Sequence record: DRR723986_7356
Reading direction: 5' to 3' (one strand)
Length of the DNA: 38,564 bases
This document shows, in pieces, positions 27,367 through 36,204 of this stretch. The position numbers were made by a program, and so were the translations under genes. Under the pieces are notes generated by a model that was given only the letters and a program-made list of their open reading frames with translations, had not been told where the DNA came from and did no database searches. Every line of letters starts with the position of its first letter. Position 1 is the stretch's first letter.

Positions 27367-27425
27367 CGCGTGGCTAATTGGCCCGCTCATATCGCTGCCA
27401 CCCTGTTTAGAAAGCCAATAAAGCC

Positions 27426-29006
27426 ATGACCACTGTTCCCATCAAACGTGCCCTTATTTCCGTTTCTGATAAAACCGGCCTTGTTGAGCTTGGCCAGGCC
27501 CTTGTGAGTGCAGGCGTTGAAATTTTGTCCACGGGTGGGTCAGCCAAAGCACTGCGCGATTCGGGAGTTACGGTTACCGAAGTTGCCGACCATACCGGCT
27601 TCCCGGAAATGATGGATGGGCGGGTGAAAACCCTGCACCCCAAAATTCACGGCGGACTATTGGCCCTGCGCGATAATGAGCAGCACACCAATGCCATGCG
27701 CGAGCATGACATCAGCGCCATCGATTTAGTGGCGATCAACTTATACCCCTTTGAAGCAACCGTTGCCTCGGGTGCAGATTTCCCGACCTGTATTGAAAAT
27801 ATAGATATCGGCGGCCCGGCTATGGTGCGTTCTGCTGCCAAAAACCACGGCTTTGTTACCATTGTTACCGACCCGGCTGACTATAGCGCTGTGATTGACG
27901 AGATAAAGCAATCAGGCGGCACAAGCCTGGACACACGCCGCAAGCTAGCCGCCAAAGCCTATAGCCGCACGGGGGCATATGATGCCGCCATCGCCGCATG
28001 GTTTGCTGAGCAAAACAATGAGACCTTCCCTGACCGTATGCCTTTTGCCGGTACTAAAGTACAGGAATGCCGCTACGGCGAAAACCCGCACCAGGTTGCC
28101 GCTTTCTACCGCAACAGCGAAGACCGGCCCGGCATTGCCACAGCAACCCAGCACCAAGGCAAAGAGCTTTCCTACAATAACCTGAACGACACTGACGCCG
28201 CCTTTGAATTGGTCAGCGAATTTGACGGTGGCACACCAACCGTTGCCATCATCAAACACGCCAACCCATGCGGTGTTGCAACCGGTGCCACTTTCCTTGA
28301 AGCTTATACAAAAGCGCTTAAATGCGACCCGGTATCTGCGTTTGGGGGCATTGTTGCGCTCAACGGTACACTAGACGGCGAAACGGCTGAGGCGATCATC
28401 AAGGTGTTCACCGAGGTGATCATCGCGCCTGACATCACTGATGAAGCAAAAGCCATTATTGGCGCTAAAAAGAATGTGCGCTTGCTCACCACAGGCGGCA
28501 TGGCCGACCCACTCCAGTCAGCGAAAATGGTGAAAACCGTTGCGGGCGGCTATTTGGTGCAAAACCGCGACACCGGCAGGCTGAGCAGCGACGATTTGAA
28601 AGTTGTCACCAAGCGCCAACCCACTGACCAGGAAATGGCAGACATGCTTTTTGCCTTTAAGGTTGGCAAGCATGTGAAATCAAACGCCATTGTTTATGTG
28701 CGAGACGGCATGACGGTGGGTGTGGGTGCCGGGCAAATGAACCGGCGTGACAGCAGCCGCATTGCTGCCCTGCGCGCGGGGGAAGCAGCAGAAATGGCAG
28801 GCGAGGCCACAAGCATGGCAGAGGGCAGCGTTGTTGCCTCTGACGCCTTTTTCCCCTTTGCAGACGGCTTGCTAGCCGCTGCAGAAGCCGGCGCAACAGC
28901 CGTTATTCAGCCGGGTGGCAGCATGCGTGACCAAGATGTGATTGATGCCGCAGACGCAGCAGGCCTTGCCATGGTGTTTACCGGCATGCGCCATTTCCGG
29001 CACTAA
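27426..29006 (+). CDS. purH: Bifunctional AICAR transformylase / IMP cyclohydrolase
   Basis: '[11 protein letters not shown]', '[13 protein letters not shown]', 'RYGENPHQ', 'KHANPCG', 'SDAFFPF', 'RHFRH'. Confidence 0.99.
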   Translation: MTTVPIKRALISVSDKTGLVELGQALVSAGVEILSTGGSAKALRDSGVTVTEVADHTGFPEMMDGRVKTLHPKIHGGLLALRDNEQHTNAMREHDISAIDLVAINLYPFEATVASGADFPTCIENIDIGGPAMVRSAAKNHGFVTIVTDPADYSAVIDEIKQSGGTSLDTRRKLAAKAYSRTGAYDAAIAAWFAEQNNETFPDRMPFAGTKVQECRYGENPHQVAAFYRNSEDRPGIATATQHQGKELSYNNLNDTDAAFELVSEFDGGTPTVAIIKHANPCGVATGATFLEAYTKALKCDPVSAFGGIVALNGTLDGETAEAIIKVFTEVIIAPDITDEAKAIIGAKKNVRLLTTGGMADPLQSAKMVKTVAGGYLVQNRDTGRLSSDDLKVVTKRQPTDQEMADMLFAFKVGKHVKSNAIVYVRDGMTVGVGAGQMNRRDSSRIAALRAGEAAEMAGEATSMAEGSVVASDAFFPFADGLLAAAEAGATAVIQPGGSMRDQDVIDAADAAGLAMVFTGMRHFRH

Positions 29007-29022
29007 ACTGGATGCAGTAAAT

Positions 29023-29436
29023 TTAAACCGAAGCCAGCGCATTTTTCATAGCCTGTTGAGTGCTGTGTAAAGCCTCGGCCTTATACGGAGCTGGCGGTAC
29101 AATACCCCAAATGGGGCCGGGCCACGCAGGGTCGCCTTCAAACCGGGCAATGACATGCACATGCAGCTGCGGCACCATGTTGCCAAGCGCCGCGACATTC
29201 ATTTTATCTGCATTGGTGAACCGCTGAAGCATACGAGACACTTTCGTTATCTCTTTCATCAACAGCTGCTGGTCGTCGGGCGATAGGTCGTGAAGCTCTC
29301 GCATATCAGCCCGGCGCGGCACCATCACCAGCCAAGGGTAGGTTTGGTCATTCATCAACAATAATTGGCATAGCTCTAGATCGTCGATGACAGCGGTATC
29401 AGTAGCGAGTTGCGGATGAAGCGTAAAAGAAGTCAT
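29023..29436 (-). CDS. HIT family protein
   Basis: 'YPWLVMVPR', 'KMNVAALGNMVPQLHVHVIAR', 'DPAWPGPIWG'. Confidence 0.92.
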   Translation of the reverse strand: MTSFTLHPQLATDTAVIDDLELCQLLLMNDQTYPWLVMVPRRADMRELHDLSPDDQQLLMKEITKVSRMLQRFTNADKMNVAALGNMVPQLHVHVIARFEGDPAWPGPIWGIVPPAPYKAEALHSTQQAMKNALASV

Positions 29437-29475
29437 GGCGTTTATCGTTTCACTGGATGTTTCAATGGGTACATT

Positions 29476-29542
29476 TGAACGAAAGTATGTCTTTCTTTAG
29501 CAAACAGCACAAGGCGTGGAATGGCATACTTACTTTCGTTCA
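29476..29542. repeat. Long inverted repeat / hairpin in the divergent intergenic region
   Basis: TGAACGAAAGTA (29476-29487) and TACTTTCGTTCA (29531-29542) are perfect complements. Pairing extends inward as AGTATGTC/GGCATACT if a duplicated TACT is bulged. Confidence 0.65.
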
Positions 29543-29681
29543 GGCACCTCACACCGCGGGACCTATACACGCCGCTGAAACTTGACAGATACAGCACAAA
29601 TCTTTTGGATTGTAAGCGCAAATATTCTATTGCTTTAGCAACACTGGGTCCCTAAGCGCAAAACTGGGTATAGTTACAGGC

Positions 29682-30296
29682 ATGATACGATCGTTTTACA
29701 TTATTGATGACTTTCTAAACGACCCGCACCAACTGCGAAACTTGGCGCTGCAGCAGGAATATCCTGCTTATGACGAATTGCCACCGTTTCCGGGCCGCAA
29801 TTCCAAATACCCACAAATTATAAACGGATTAGACCAGAAAATTTCAGAAATAGTCGGCGAACCTTTGGTGCCATCACCCGGCACATCCTACGCGAAATTT
29901 CGCCTGGCATTAGACGGCGAAAAAGGCACCCACAGTGTCCACATTGATAACGCCCATTGGACAGCCATTCTCTTTCTAACCCTGCCAGAACATTGCCAAG
30001 ACGGCACTCACTTTTTTCGGCATTTGCCCACCAATACGGACAGAGCACCTTATTTTAGGTCTGAATATGAAAAATACGGCGCAACCGACCAGCAGGAGCT
30101 AGTTGATAAAACCGTAAACGCTCACTCAAACGACCCCACCAAATGGGAAAAGATTATGACCGTTCCCATGCGCTTCAACCGCATGTTACTGGTGCGCCCA
30201 CAGCATTGGCATGATGCAGGCGTTAGTTTTGGAACAACACCGGAAAATGGGCGGCTGGTTTACCTAAGTTTTTACAATCACGCCCATAGTGGGTAG
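29682..30296 (+). CDS. DUF6445-like Fe(II)/2OG oxygenase-fold protein, paralog 1
   Basis: 'IIDDFL.DP', 'FPGR', HxD 'VHID', 'GTHFFRH', 'RFNR', distal His 'WHDAG', 'GRL'. Confidence 0.8.
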   Translation: MIRSFYIIDDFLNDPHQLRNLALQQEYPAYDELPPFPGRNSKYPQIINGLDQKISEIVGEPLVPSPGTSYAKFRLALDGEKGTHSVHIDNAHWTAILFLTLPEHCQDGTHFFRHLPTNTDRAPYFRSEYEKYGATDQQELVDKTVNAHSNDPTKWEKIMTVPMRFNRMLLVRPQHWHDAGVSFGTTPENGRLVYLSFYNHAHSG

Positions 30297-30305
30297 AGCC
30301 AGCTC

Positions 30306-30905
30306 GTGAAAACATCTCTGATCATTGTCGATGATTTTTTGGAAGACCCCATGGCCTTGCGCAATGCTGCCCTGCAGCAGGACTATCCAAAACTGGAGCC
30401 CGAGCAAGCCTATCCGGGACGCAATTCAAAACATACCCAGGTCATTCGTGGGTTTGATCAAAAGGTTGCCGAAATTATCGGCGAGAAAATTGAACCGGCC
30501 CCCACCTCATCGCATGCGCGCTTTCGCCTGGCCACCGCGGGTGAAGACGGCACAGAAAGTGTGCATATTGATCCGGTAAACTGGACCGTGTTGCTCTATT
30601 TAACCCTGCCTGAACACTGTCAGGGCGGCACACATTTGTTTCGCCATATCGAGACCAACTCAGACCATGCGCCGTTTAACGAGCAAGAGCTGAATGATAT
30701 GGGCTACACCTGCAAAGACACCTTCATGGAAGAGGTTATTTACAGAAACACTAATGACCCCAGCAAGTGGGAGCTTTTAAATACAATTCCCATGCGCTTT
30801 AACCGGCTTTTGATTATGCGACCACAGCAATATCATGACGCAGGCGAAAGCTTTGGGGATTGCCCTGAAAACGGCAGGCTGATTTACGTGAATACCTATT
30901 ATTAA
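30306..30905 (+). CDS. DUF6445-like Fe(II)/2OG oxygenase-fold protein, paralog 2
   Basis: Same motifs ('VHID', 'YHDAG', 'GRL'); GTG start 9 nt after the paralog 1 stop. Confidence 0.8.
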   Translation: MKTSLIIVDDFLEDPMALRNAALQQDYPKLEPEQAYPGRNSKHTQVIRGFDQKVAEIIGEKIEPAPTSSHARFRLATAGEDGTESVHIDPVNWTVLLYLTLPEHCQGGTHLFRHIETNSDHAPFNEQELNDMGYTCKDTFMEEVIYRNTNDPSKWELLNTIPMRFNRLLIMRPQQYHDAGESFGDCPENGRLIYVNTYY

Positions 30906-31036
30906 AACCGCATGGAGGCACACAACTTGACGACACCAAGGGGGCAAACCATACTTGTTTTAAGTCATTAATCAGGACCACTCTAAAACCACCGCTATGA
31001 AGACTATAAGCAAACAATACCATAGGTGAAGCCGCA

Positions 31037-31669
31037 GTGATCAGATCCGTAATTGTTGTCGATGATTTTTTGGGAGACCCGCATGCCCTGCGGGAGGCGG
31101 CATTAGAGCAAAAATACCCAACGCCCGACACACCGCAATTTTATCCGGGGCGCGATTCTGAATATCCACAGGTTATAAATGGTTACGACCAGAAAATTGC
31201 TGAATTAATCGGTGAACCGGTTGAGCCAGTCCATACCAGTTCCCATGCCCATTTCCGATTGGCACTGAAGGGCGACGAAGGGTCAGAAGGTGTGCATATA
31301 GACAACGTGCACTGGACTGCCATTTTATATCTAACCCTGCCAGAACATTGTCAGGGCGGTACCCATCTTTTTCGCCATATAGAAACCGGCACAGACCATG
31401 CGCCGTATAATTCCGCCGAACTGGCCGAGTTAGGCTTTTCCTCGCAGCAGCAATTTCTTGATGATGTGATCAACAAAAACACTAATGACCGCAGCAAATG
31501 GGAAGAACTGATGACAGTCCCCATGCGGTTCAATCGTCTGGTAATTATCAAGCCACAACAATATCATGATGCAGGCATCAGCTTCGGTGACAGCCCTGAA
31601 AATGGCCGGTTGATTTACGTATGTGCCTACAATTACCCAGGTGCCACCAAAATGACCTATCCCGAATGA
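31037..31669 (+). CDS. DUF6445-like Fe(II)/2OG oxygenase-fold protein, paralog 3
   Basis: Same motifs; GTG start with an AGGTG RBS-like sequence upstream. Confidence 0.8.
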   Translation: MIRSVIVVDDFLGDPHALREAALEQKYPTPDTPQFYPGRDSEYPQVINGYDQKIAELIGEPVEPVHTSSHAHFRLALKGDEGSEGVHIDNVHWTAILYLTLPEHCQGGTHLFRHIETGTDHAPYNSAELAELGFSSQQQFLDDVINKNTNDRSKWEELMTVPMRFNRLVIIKPQQYHDAGISFGDSPENGRLIYVCAYNYPGATKMTYPE

Positions 31670-31724
31670 TTGCTATAGCTCTGTCATAATATTCACCGAG
31701 ACACCGTTAAAAAAGGATGCCGCA

Positions 31725-33095
31725 ATGACCCGACTATTCTTGGCTTTTTCTCTCGTTCTCGCGGCACTTTTGCCTGCATTGGCCCAAAATAAAGACACCG
31801 GTCATTACGCTATTGTTGGCGGCATGATGGTTGATGGCTATGAGGCACCACCTGTCCACAATTCGGTGATTTTGGTGGAAGGAAACCGTATTATTGCAGC
31901 TGGCCCTGCGCATGAGATAATCGTGCCAGACGGTACACCGGTTATCGATGCGCGCGGCAAAACTGTTATGCCGGGATTGATTGACTTGCACATCCATTTG
32001 GATCTAATCGGCCACGGAGACTACGACGAATATTATAACTTCCTCGGCGGCACCAAGCGCCTGCCAGACGTTATGCCCATCGCCGCCAAACATATGATGC
32101 GCGCAGGCGTCACCACCGGCGTTGACCTTGGCAGCCCATTTGACATATTGGCTGTACGCGACAAAATCCGGTCAGGGGAAATCCCGGGACCGCGCCTAAT
32201 TATATCCGGCCCCTGGGTCACCCGCATCAAGCTGGACGGTGTGCCTGACAGCTATCAGGTTGTTATCAACAGCCCTGAAGAAGCGGCCGCCAAAACCATA
32301 GAACTGATTGAAACCGGATCAGATGTTATCAAAACGTGGCTCGGCCTGACCCGCGACGACCTGAAGGCCGTAGTGAAGGCAGCGCACAGCCGGGGTGTGA
32401 AAGTACATTCACATCTTTATAAAGTGCCTGCCATGGAAGATGCCATCGCAGCCGGGGTTGATGTACTCCAGCATGTGGGCAGCGCCAAAATGCCGCCGTA
32501 TCCGCAAGCTTTGCTGCGCAAAATCGCCGAAGACCGCATTCCGGTAGTGCAAACCATCGCCCACCGCATTTGGGTTTACCCGGCAACAGAAGCAAACCCG
32601 GGCCGGTTGAATACGCCTGAACTGGAGGCGGACATGCCCGCTGATGTGTTTGCAGAAATGCAGCGCAGTTTCAAAAACTTCCGCGCTTTGTCATATTTCA
32701 GAGATACACCCGATGAAATTCGCCATTCGAAAATCAATGCACGCCAATTCATTGACGCCAACGCCTATATGGGCGTGGGTACCGATGCTGCCAGCCCAAT
32801 GAATTTCCACACCGAAGCCATTTGGCGCGAAATGTCCGCGCTGGTAGACAGCGGCATGACACCTATTCGGGCGATCTCGGCCGCCACAAAAACCGGCGCA
32901 GAAATTATTGGCAAAGGCCGTGAGCTTGGCACGCTGGAGGCAGGCAAGCTGGCGGATATTATCATCGTAGACGGCAACCCTCTCGCCGACATCAACACGC
33001 TTGATTATGTCGCGGTTACCATCAAAGACGGCACTATTTGGTATGACCCTAAATATACCAGTGAAACGTTGAAGCAGATTGGGCGGGCTTTTTAA
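31725..33095 (+). CDS. Secreted metal-dependent amidohydrolase (Xaa-Pro dipeptidase-like subtype)
   Basis: Signal peptide; 'PGLIDLHIH', Lys in 'VIKTW', 'VHSH', 'LQH', 'GTDA', 'GKLADII'; AAGGA RBS. Confidence 0.9.
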   Translation: MTRLFLAFSLVLAALLPALAQNKDTGHYAIVGGMMVDGYEAPPVHNSVILVEGNRIIAAGPAHEIIVPDGTPVIDARGKTVMPGLIDLHIHLDLIGHGDYDEYYNFLGGTKRLPDVMPIAAKHMMRAGVTTGVDLGSPFDILAVRDKIRSGEIPGPRLIISGPWVTRIKLDGVPDSYQVVINSPEEAAAKTIELIETGSDVIKTWLGLTRDDLKAVVKAAHSRGVKVHSHLYKVPAMEDAIAAGVDVLQHVGSAKMPPYPQALLRKIAEDRIPVVQTIAHRIWVYPATEANPGRLNTPELEADMPADVFAEMQRSFKNFRALSYFRDTPDEIRHSKINARQFIDANAYMGVGTDAASPMNFHTEAIWREMSALVDSGMTPIRAISAATKTGAEIIGKGRELGTLEAGKLADIIIVDGNPLADINTLDYVAVTIKDGTIWYDPKYTSETLKQIGRAF

Positions 33096-33308
33096 GAGCA
33101 TGCACCGAATTATGCCTAATCAAATTATGTCAGGAGTGATGGTGCAGCCATGCGGTCAGCCTTGGCCAAAAACAAGCCACGCCATATGATTTTCTACTTG
33201 CTACCATAGTTGCAACAAACCGGAGATTATAATCCGGCAACTTTAATCAGGGTTGAAAAACCTAGACCTATTCAATCATGGGTCGCTATAGTAACGGCAG
33301 AGAAATTT

Positions 33309-34586
33309 ATGCAAAGCGCTGAACAGCAAAAACCCTTTTTCTCCCAGCAGCCACGCGAGGCGTACCAACAAGTGCGCGAACAAACCGCAGCACTTGCCGC
33401 CCCGCTTTCTGATGCCGATGCAACGGTGCAATCAATGGAAGACGCCAGCCCGGCAAAGTGGCACTTGGCGCACACCAGCTGGTTTTTTGAAACTTTCATT
33501 CTGGAGCCAAGCGCAGGCAATTACAGCCTGTTTTCTGATGTATTTCCCTACCTGTTCAACAGCTACTACGAGCAAGTGGGCGACCGCTTTCCCCGCCCCA
33601 CACGCGGGCTGTTAACGCGGCCATCCCTTGATGAAGTTACGAACTACCGTGCCCATGTGGATGCGGCGATGGACCAGTTGCTTGCGGGTCAGGTTAGCCC
33701 CGATATATTAAAACTCGTTGAATTAGGCTTGCAGCATGAAAAACAACATCAGGAATTATTGCTAACCGACATTTTGCACCTGTTTGCTCAAAACCCCATG
33801 AGGCCCGCTTACCGTGAAAGCCAGCCACTTGGTGTTACAGCATCAAACAGCGCCGAGGCCAGCTGGACAAGCTATGCCGGCGGTATTGTTTCGGTTGGCG
33901 CTGAAGGCAATAGCTTCGCCTTCGACTGTGAAATCCCGCGCCATGAAGTGCTCCTGCGCCCCTTCCGCATATGCAACCGGGCGGTGACAAACCGAGAGTG
34001 GGCAACCTTCATCGACGATAGTAGCTACAAAACCCCGGCGTTGTGGCTGTCAGACGGCATCGCCCATGTGCGCGAACAAAACTGGCAAGCTCCCCTTTAC
34101 TGGGAAAAACAGGAAGATGAATGGTGGTCGATGTCCCTGCGCGGTTTCCAGCCCATCGATATGGATGCGCCAGTAACCCATGTAAGTTACTATGAAGCCG
34201 ACGCCTTCGCCGCGTGGGCGGGCAAACGGTTGCCAACGGAAGCCGAATGGGAACATGCAGCAAGCGAATTGGCAGTTGCCGGTAACTTTGCTGACAGTGG
34301 CCGCCTTCGGCCAAAGCCGCAACTGGCGAGCGCTGATACAAGCCCCGCTGGCCTATTCGGTGATGTGTGGGAATGGACCGCGAGCGCGTTCCTGCCGTAC
34401 CCCGGCTTCAAACCGGCAGGCGGCGCCGTGGGTGAATATAACGGCAAGTTTATGAGCGGTCAGATGGTGCTAAAAGGCGGTTCCTGCGCCACCCCAGAGG
34501 GGCATATGCGCGCCAGCTACCGCAATTTTTTCCAACCAGAGAAACGCTGGCAGTTTTCAGGATTGCGCCTGGCAGAGGACATATGA
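33309..34586 (+). CDS. egtB: Ergothioneine biosynthesis sulfoxide synthase EgtB (DinB-like + FGE-sulfatase domains)
   Basis: '[15 protein letters not shown]', 'FNSYY', HxxxH 'HEKQH', 'RLPTEAEWE', 'YNGKFM', 'RASYRNFF'. Start reassigned to ATG 33309. Confidence 0.95.
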   Translation: MQSAEQQKPFFSQQPREAYQQVREQTAALAAPLSDADATVQSMEDASPAKWHLAHTSWFFETFILEPSAGNYSLFSDVFPYLFNSYYEQVGDRFPRPTRGLLTRPSLDEVTNYRAHVDAAMDQLLAGQVSPDILKLVELGLQHEKQHQELLLTDILHLFAQNPMRPAYRESQPLGVTASNSAEASWTSYAGGIVSVGAEGNSFAFDCEIPRHEVLLRPFRICNRAVTNREWATFIDDSSYKTPALWLSDGIAHVREQNWQAPLYWEKQEDEWWSMSLRGFQPIDMDAPVTHVSYYEADAFAAWAGKRLPTEAEWEHAASELAVAGNFADSGRLRPKPQLASADTSPAGLFGDVWEWTASAFLPYPGFKPAGGAVGEYNGKFMSGQMVLKGGSCATPEGHMRASYRNFFQPEKRWQFSGLRLAEDI

Positions 34587-35542
34587 TGCGCGGTGACGAT
34601 CAGGCCAATTCTCAGGAAGACCAAAGGGCCGCATTCCTGAACGACGTTGTTGCCGGATTGGCGCAGCCACAAAAAACACTGCCGTGCCGCTGGCTTTATG
34701 ACCAGCGCGGCTCCGAGCTTTTTGAAGCCATAACCGACCTGCCGGAATATTACCCCACCCGCACCGAAGTGGCTATTTTTGAGAAGCACTTGCCAGCAAT
34801 GGCAGCGGCCATTGGCAGCCACGCCCATGTTGTTGAGTTCGGTGCCGGTGCAGGCACCAAAACCCGGTTGCTGCTGGACGCACTAACCACGCCCAAAAGC
34901 TATGTGGCCATCGATATTTCTGCAGACTTTCTGAGCGACTCGATGTCGAGGCTTGCAGCAGACTATCCCGGGCTTAACGTGATTCCAGTGGTGGGTAATT
35001 TTATGGATGCGGATGATATGGCCGCCACAACATTGCCCGCAGGCAACCGGCTAGCCTTCTTCCCCGGCTCCACCATCGGTAACTTGCTGGACAATGAAAT
35101 CATCAGCTTTTTGAAATCCGTGCGGGCGGCGCTGGGCGCAGGCGGCAAGTTCCTGATCGGCTTTGATCTGGTTAAAAGTGAAGACATTCTGGTGCCTGCC
35201 TACGCCGATGCGGCGGGCGTAACCGCCGCCTTCAACATGAATTTACTGACCCGCATTAATAACGAACTGGGCGGTGATTTTGACTTAAACAACTTCGCTC
35301 ATGAGGCGCGCTGGAACGACAATGATGGCCGCATTGAAATGCATTTGGTCAGCGAGCGTGAGCAAGTGGTTTCCGTAAACGGAGATCGGTTCGACTTCAA
35401 GGCAGGCGAAACCATCCACACAGAAAACTCCCGCAAGTTCAAAATGACCGGGTTTAAAAAGTTGGCCACTGAGGCCGGTTGGACGTTTGAGGAAACTTGG
35501 ACTGACGACAAAGGTTATTTCGCGGTCGCCTTAATGCGATAA
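34583..35542 (+). CDS. egtD: L-histidine N-alpha-methyltransferase EgtD
   Basis: '[24 protein letters not shown]', 'EFGAG', 'FPGSTIGN', 'GVTAAFN', 'IHTENSRK'. ATGA overlap with egtB. Confidence 0.95.
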   Translation: MMRGDDQANSQEDQRAAFLNDVVAGLAQPQKTLPCRWLYDQRGSELFEAITDLPEYYPTRTEVAIFEKHLPAMAAAIGSHAHVVEFGAGAGTKTRLLLDALTTPKSYVAIDISADFLSDSMSRLAADYPGLNVIPVVGNFMDADDMAATTLPAGNRLAFFPGSTIGNLLDNEIISFLKSVRAALGAGGKFLIGFDLVKSEDILVPAYADAAGVTAAFNMNLLTRINNELGGDFDLNNFAHEARWNDNDGRIEMHLVSEREQVVSVNGDRFDFKAGETIHTENSRKFKMTGFKKLATEAGWTFEETWTDDKGYFAVALMR

Positions 35543-35561
35543 GAAGCCGCTTAGACCCATA

Positions 35562-35585
35562 GAAAAGGGGCCGAAGCCCCGTTTC
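35562..35585. terminator. Intrinsic terminator, strongest on the minus strand and probably bidirectional
   Basis: Minus strand reads GAAACGGGGC-TTCG-GCCCCTTTTC (C-UUCG-G tetraloop plus U tract), between convergent genes. Confidence 0.8.
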
Positions 35586-35615
35586 AATATTTGCCATAGT
35601 GTATATCTAACAGAA

Positions 35616-35921
35616 TTAGCTGTTCGGGTCGGAATCAGGCAGTTTTTCAGGCACAGGCTTTTTCTTGGCCTTTTTCGCCATCATTTCCTTAGCCCACTCA
35701 ATTGCCTGCGCGCATTTTTTCTCTGCCACTTGTTTTTGTTCGTCCGTGCCATTGGCAGCATCAGCGCGCAACTGGACACACTCCAGTTCTGCCCGCGTCA
35801 TGGGGTCCATGAGCATTTTTTTCTTCTGCTCATCCGTGTCGTCCTGCGCGCCAGCGCCCATAGACAGACCCAAACCCATAGTAACAATGGCCCCAATCAG
35901 GCCGTGCTTTGCATGTTTCAT
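35616..35921 (-). CDS. Small secreted hypothetical protein (101 aa, two Cys)
   Basis: Strong GGAGGAG RBS before ATG 35921; signal peptide ending AGA|QD; own terminator. Confidence 0.8.
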   Translation of the reverse strand: MKHAKHGLIGAIVTMGLGLSMGAGAQDDTDEQKKKMLMDPMTRAELECVQLRADAANGTDEQKQVAEKKCAQAIEWAKEMMAKKAKKKPVPEKLPDSDPNS

Positions 35922-35960
35922 CGTAAACTCCTCCAAAGAGCGTTTTGTTTTAAACAAGCA

Positions 35961-36046
35961 GGGCTGCTTTCTGCATTCGGGCCATAGTCATTATCTGACC
36001 TTTCAGGTGACAGGTTGACCTCACCAACCCCACCACGAACACACCC
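35961..36046 (-). ncRNA. Candidate structured 5' leader (unassigned)
   Basis: Nested pairings found by eye on the minus strand: GUGUUCG/CGAAUGC enclosing GGGUUGG-UGAGG-UCAACCU, ACC-UGAAA-GGU and GUCA-GAUAA-UGAC. Many G-U pairs favour this strand. Confidence 0.3.
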
Positions 36047-36204
36047 ATATAAGGGAAACCCTCTCGAGCAAGGGGTGCGGTCGACAATGCTAGATTTGGG
36101 GGGGCAAAGCGGCGAAACCTTGCCGATAGTAAGGCAGGGCAATTTAGCCCGCGACGATAAACTGAAGTTATGGTTTTTGGGTCACAGTTAGCAGCGATGC
36201 TGCT

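Noticed and set aside
29457-29585. 42-aa ORF (MFQWVHLNESMSFFSKQHKAWNGILTFVQAPHTAGPIHAAET) as a RiPP precursor for the oxygenases
   Set aside because: No RBS, no leader/core pattern, and it overlaps the probable HIT promoter and the hairpin. No dedicated transporter or maturation protease is adjacent.
30912-30971. 19-aa ORF between oxygenase paralogs 2 and 3
   Set aside because: No upstream RBS and no distinctive composition; expected by chance.
31725-33095. Amidohydrolase as an EgtC substitute or ergothioneine catabolic enzyme
   Set aside because: It has a clear signal peptide, whereas EgtB and EgtD are cytoplasmic. No ergothionase or thiourocanate hydratase gene is present.
33309-34586. 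Selenoneine (senA) or ovothiol (ovoA) synthase
   Set aside because: No senB/senC(selD) nearby and no C-terminal methyltransferase domain; it is translationally coupled to egtD.
35961-36046. Canonical TPP, SRP or fluoride riboswitch/RNA call
   Set aside because: Only fragments match (UGAGG, ACCUGA, GAUAAUG, AAGCAGC). Required elements are missing and the downstream gene is not thiamine- or fluoride-related. Kept only as an unassigned candidate.
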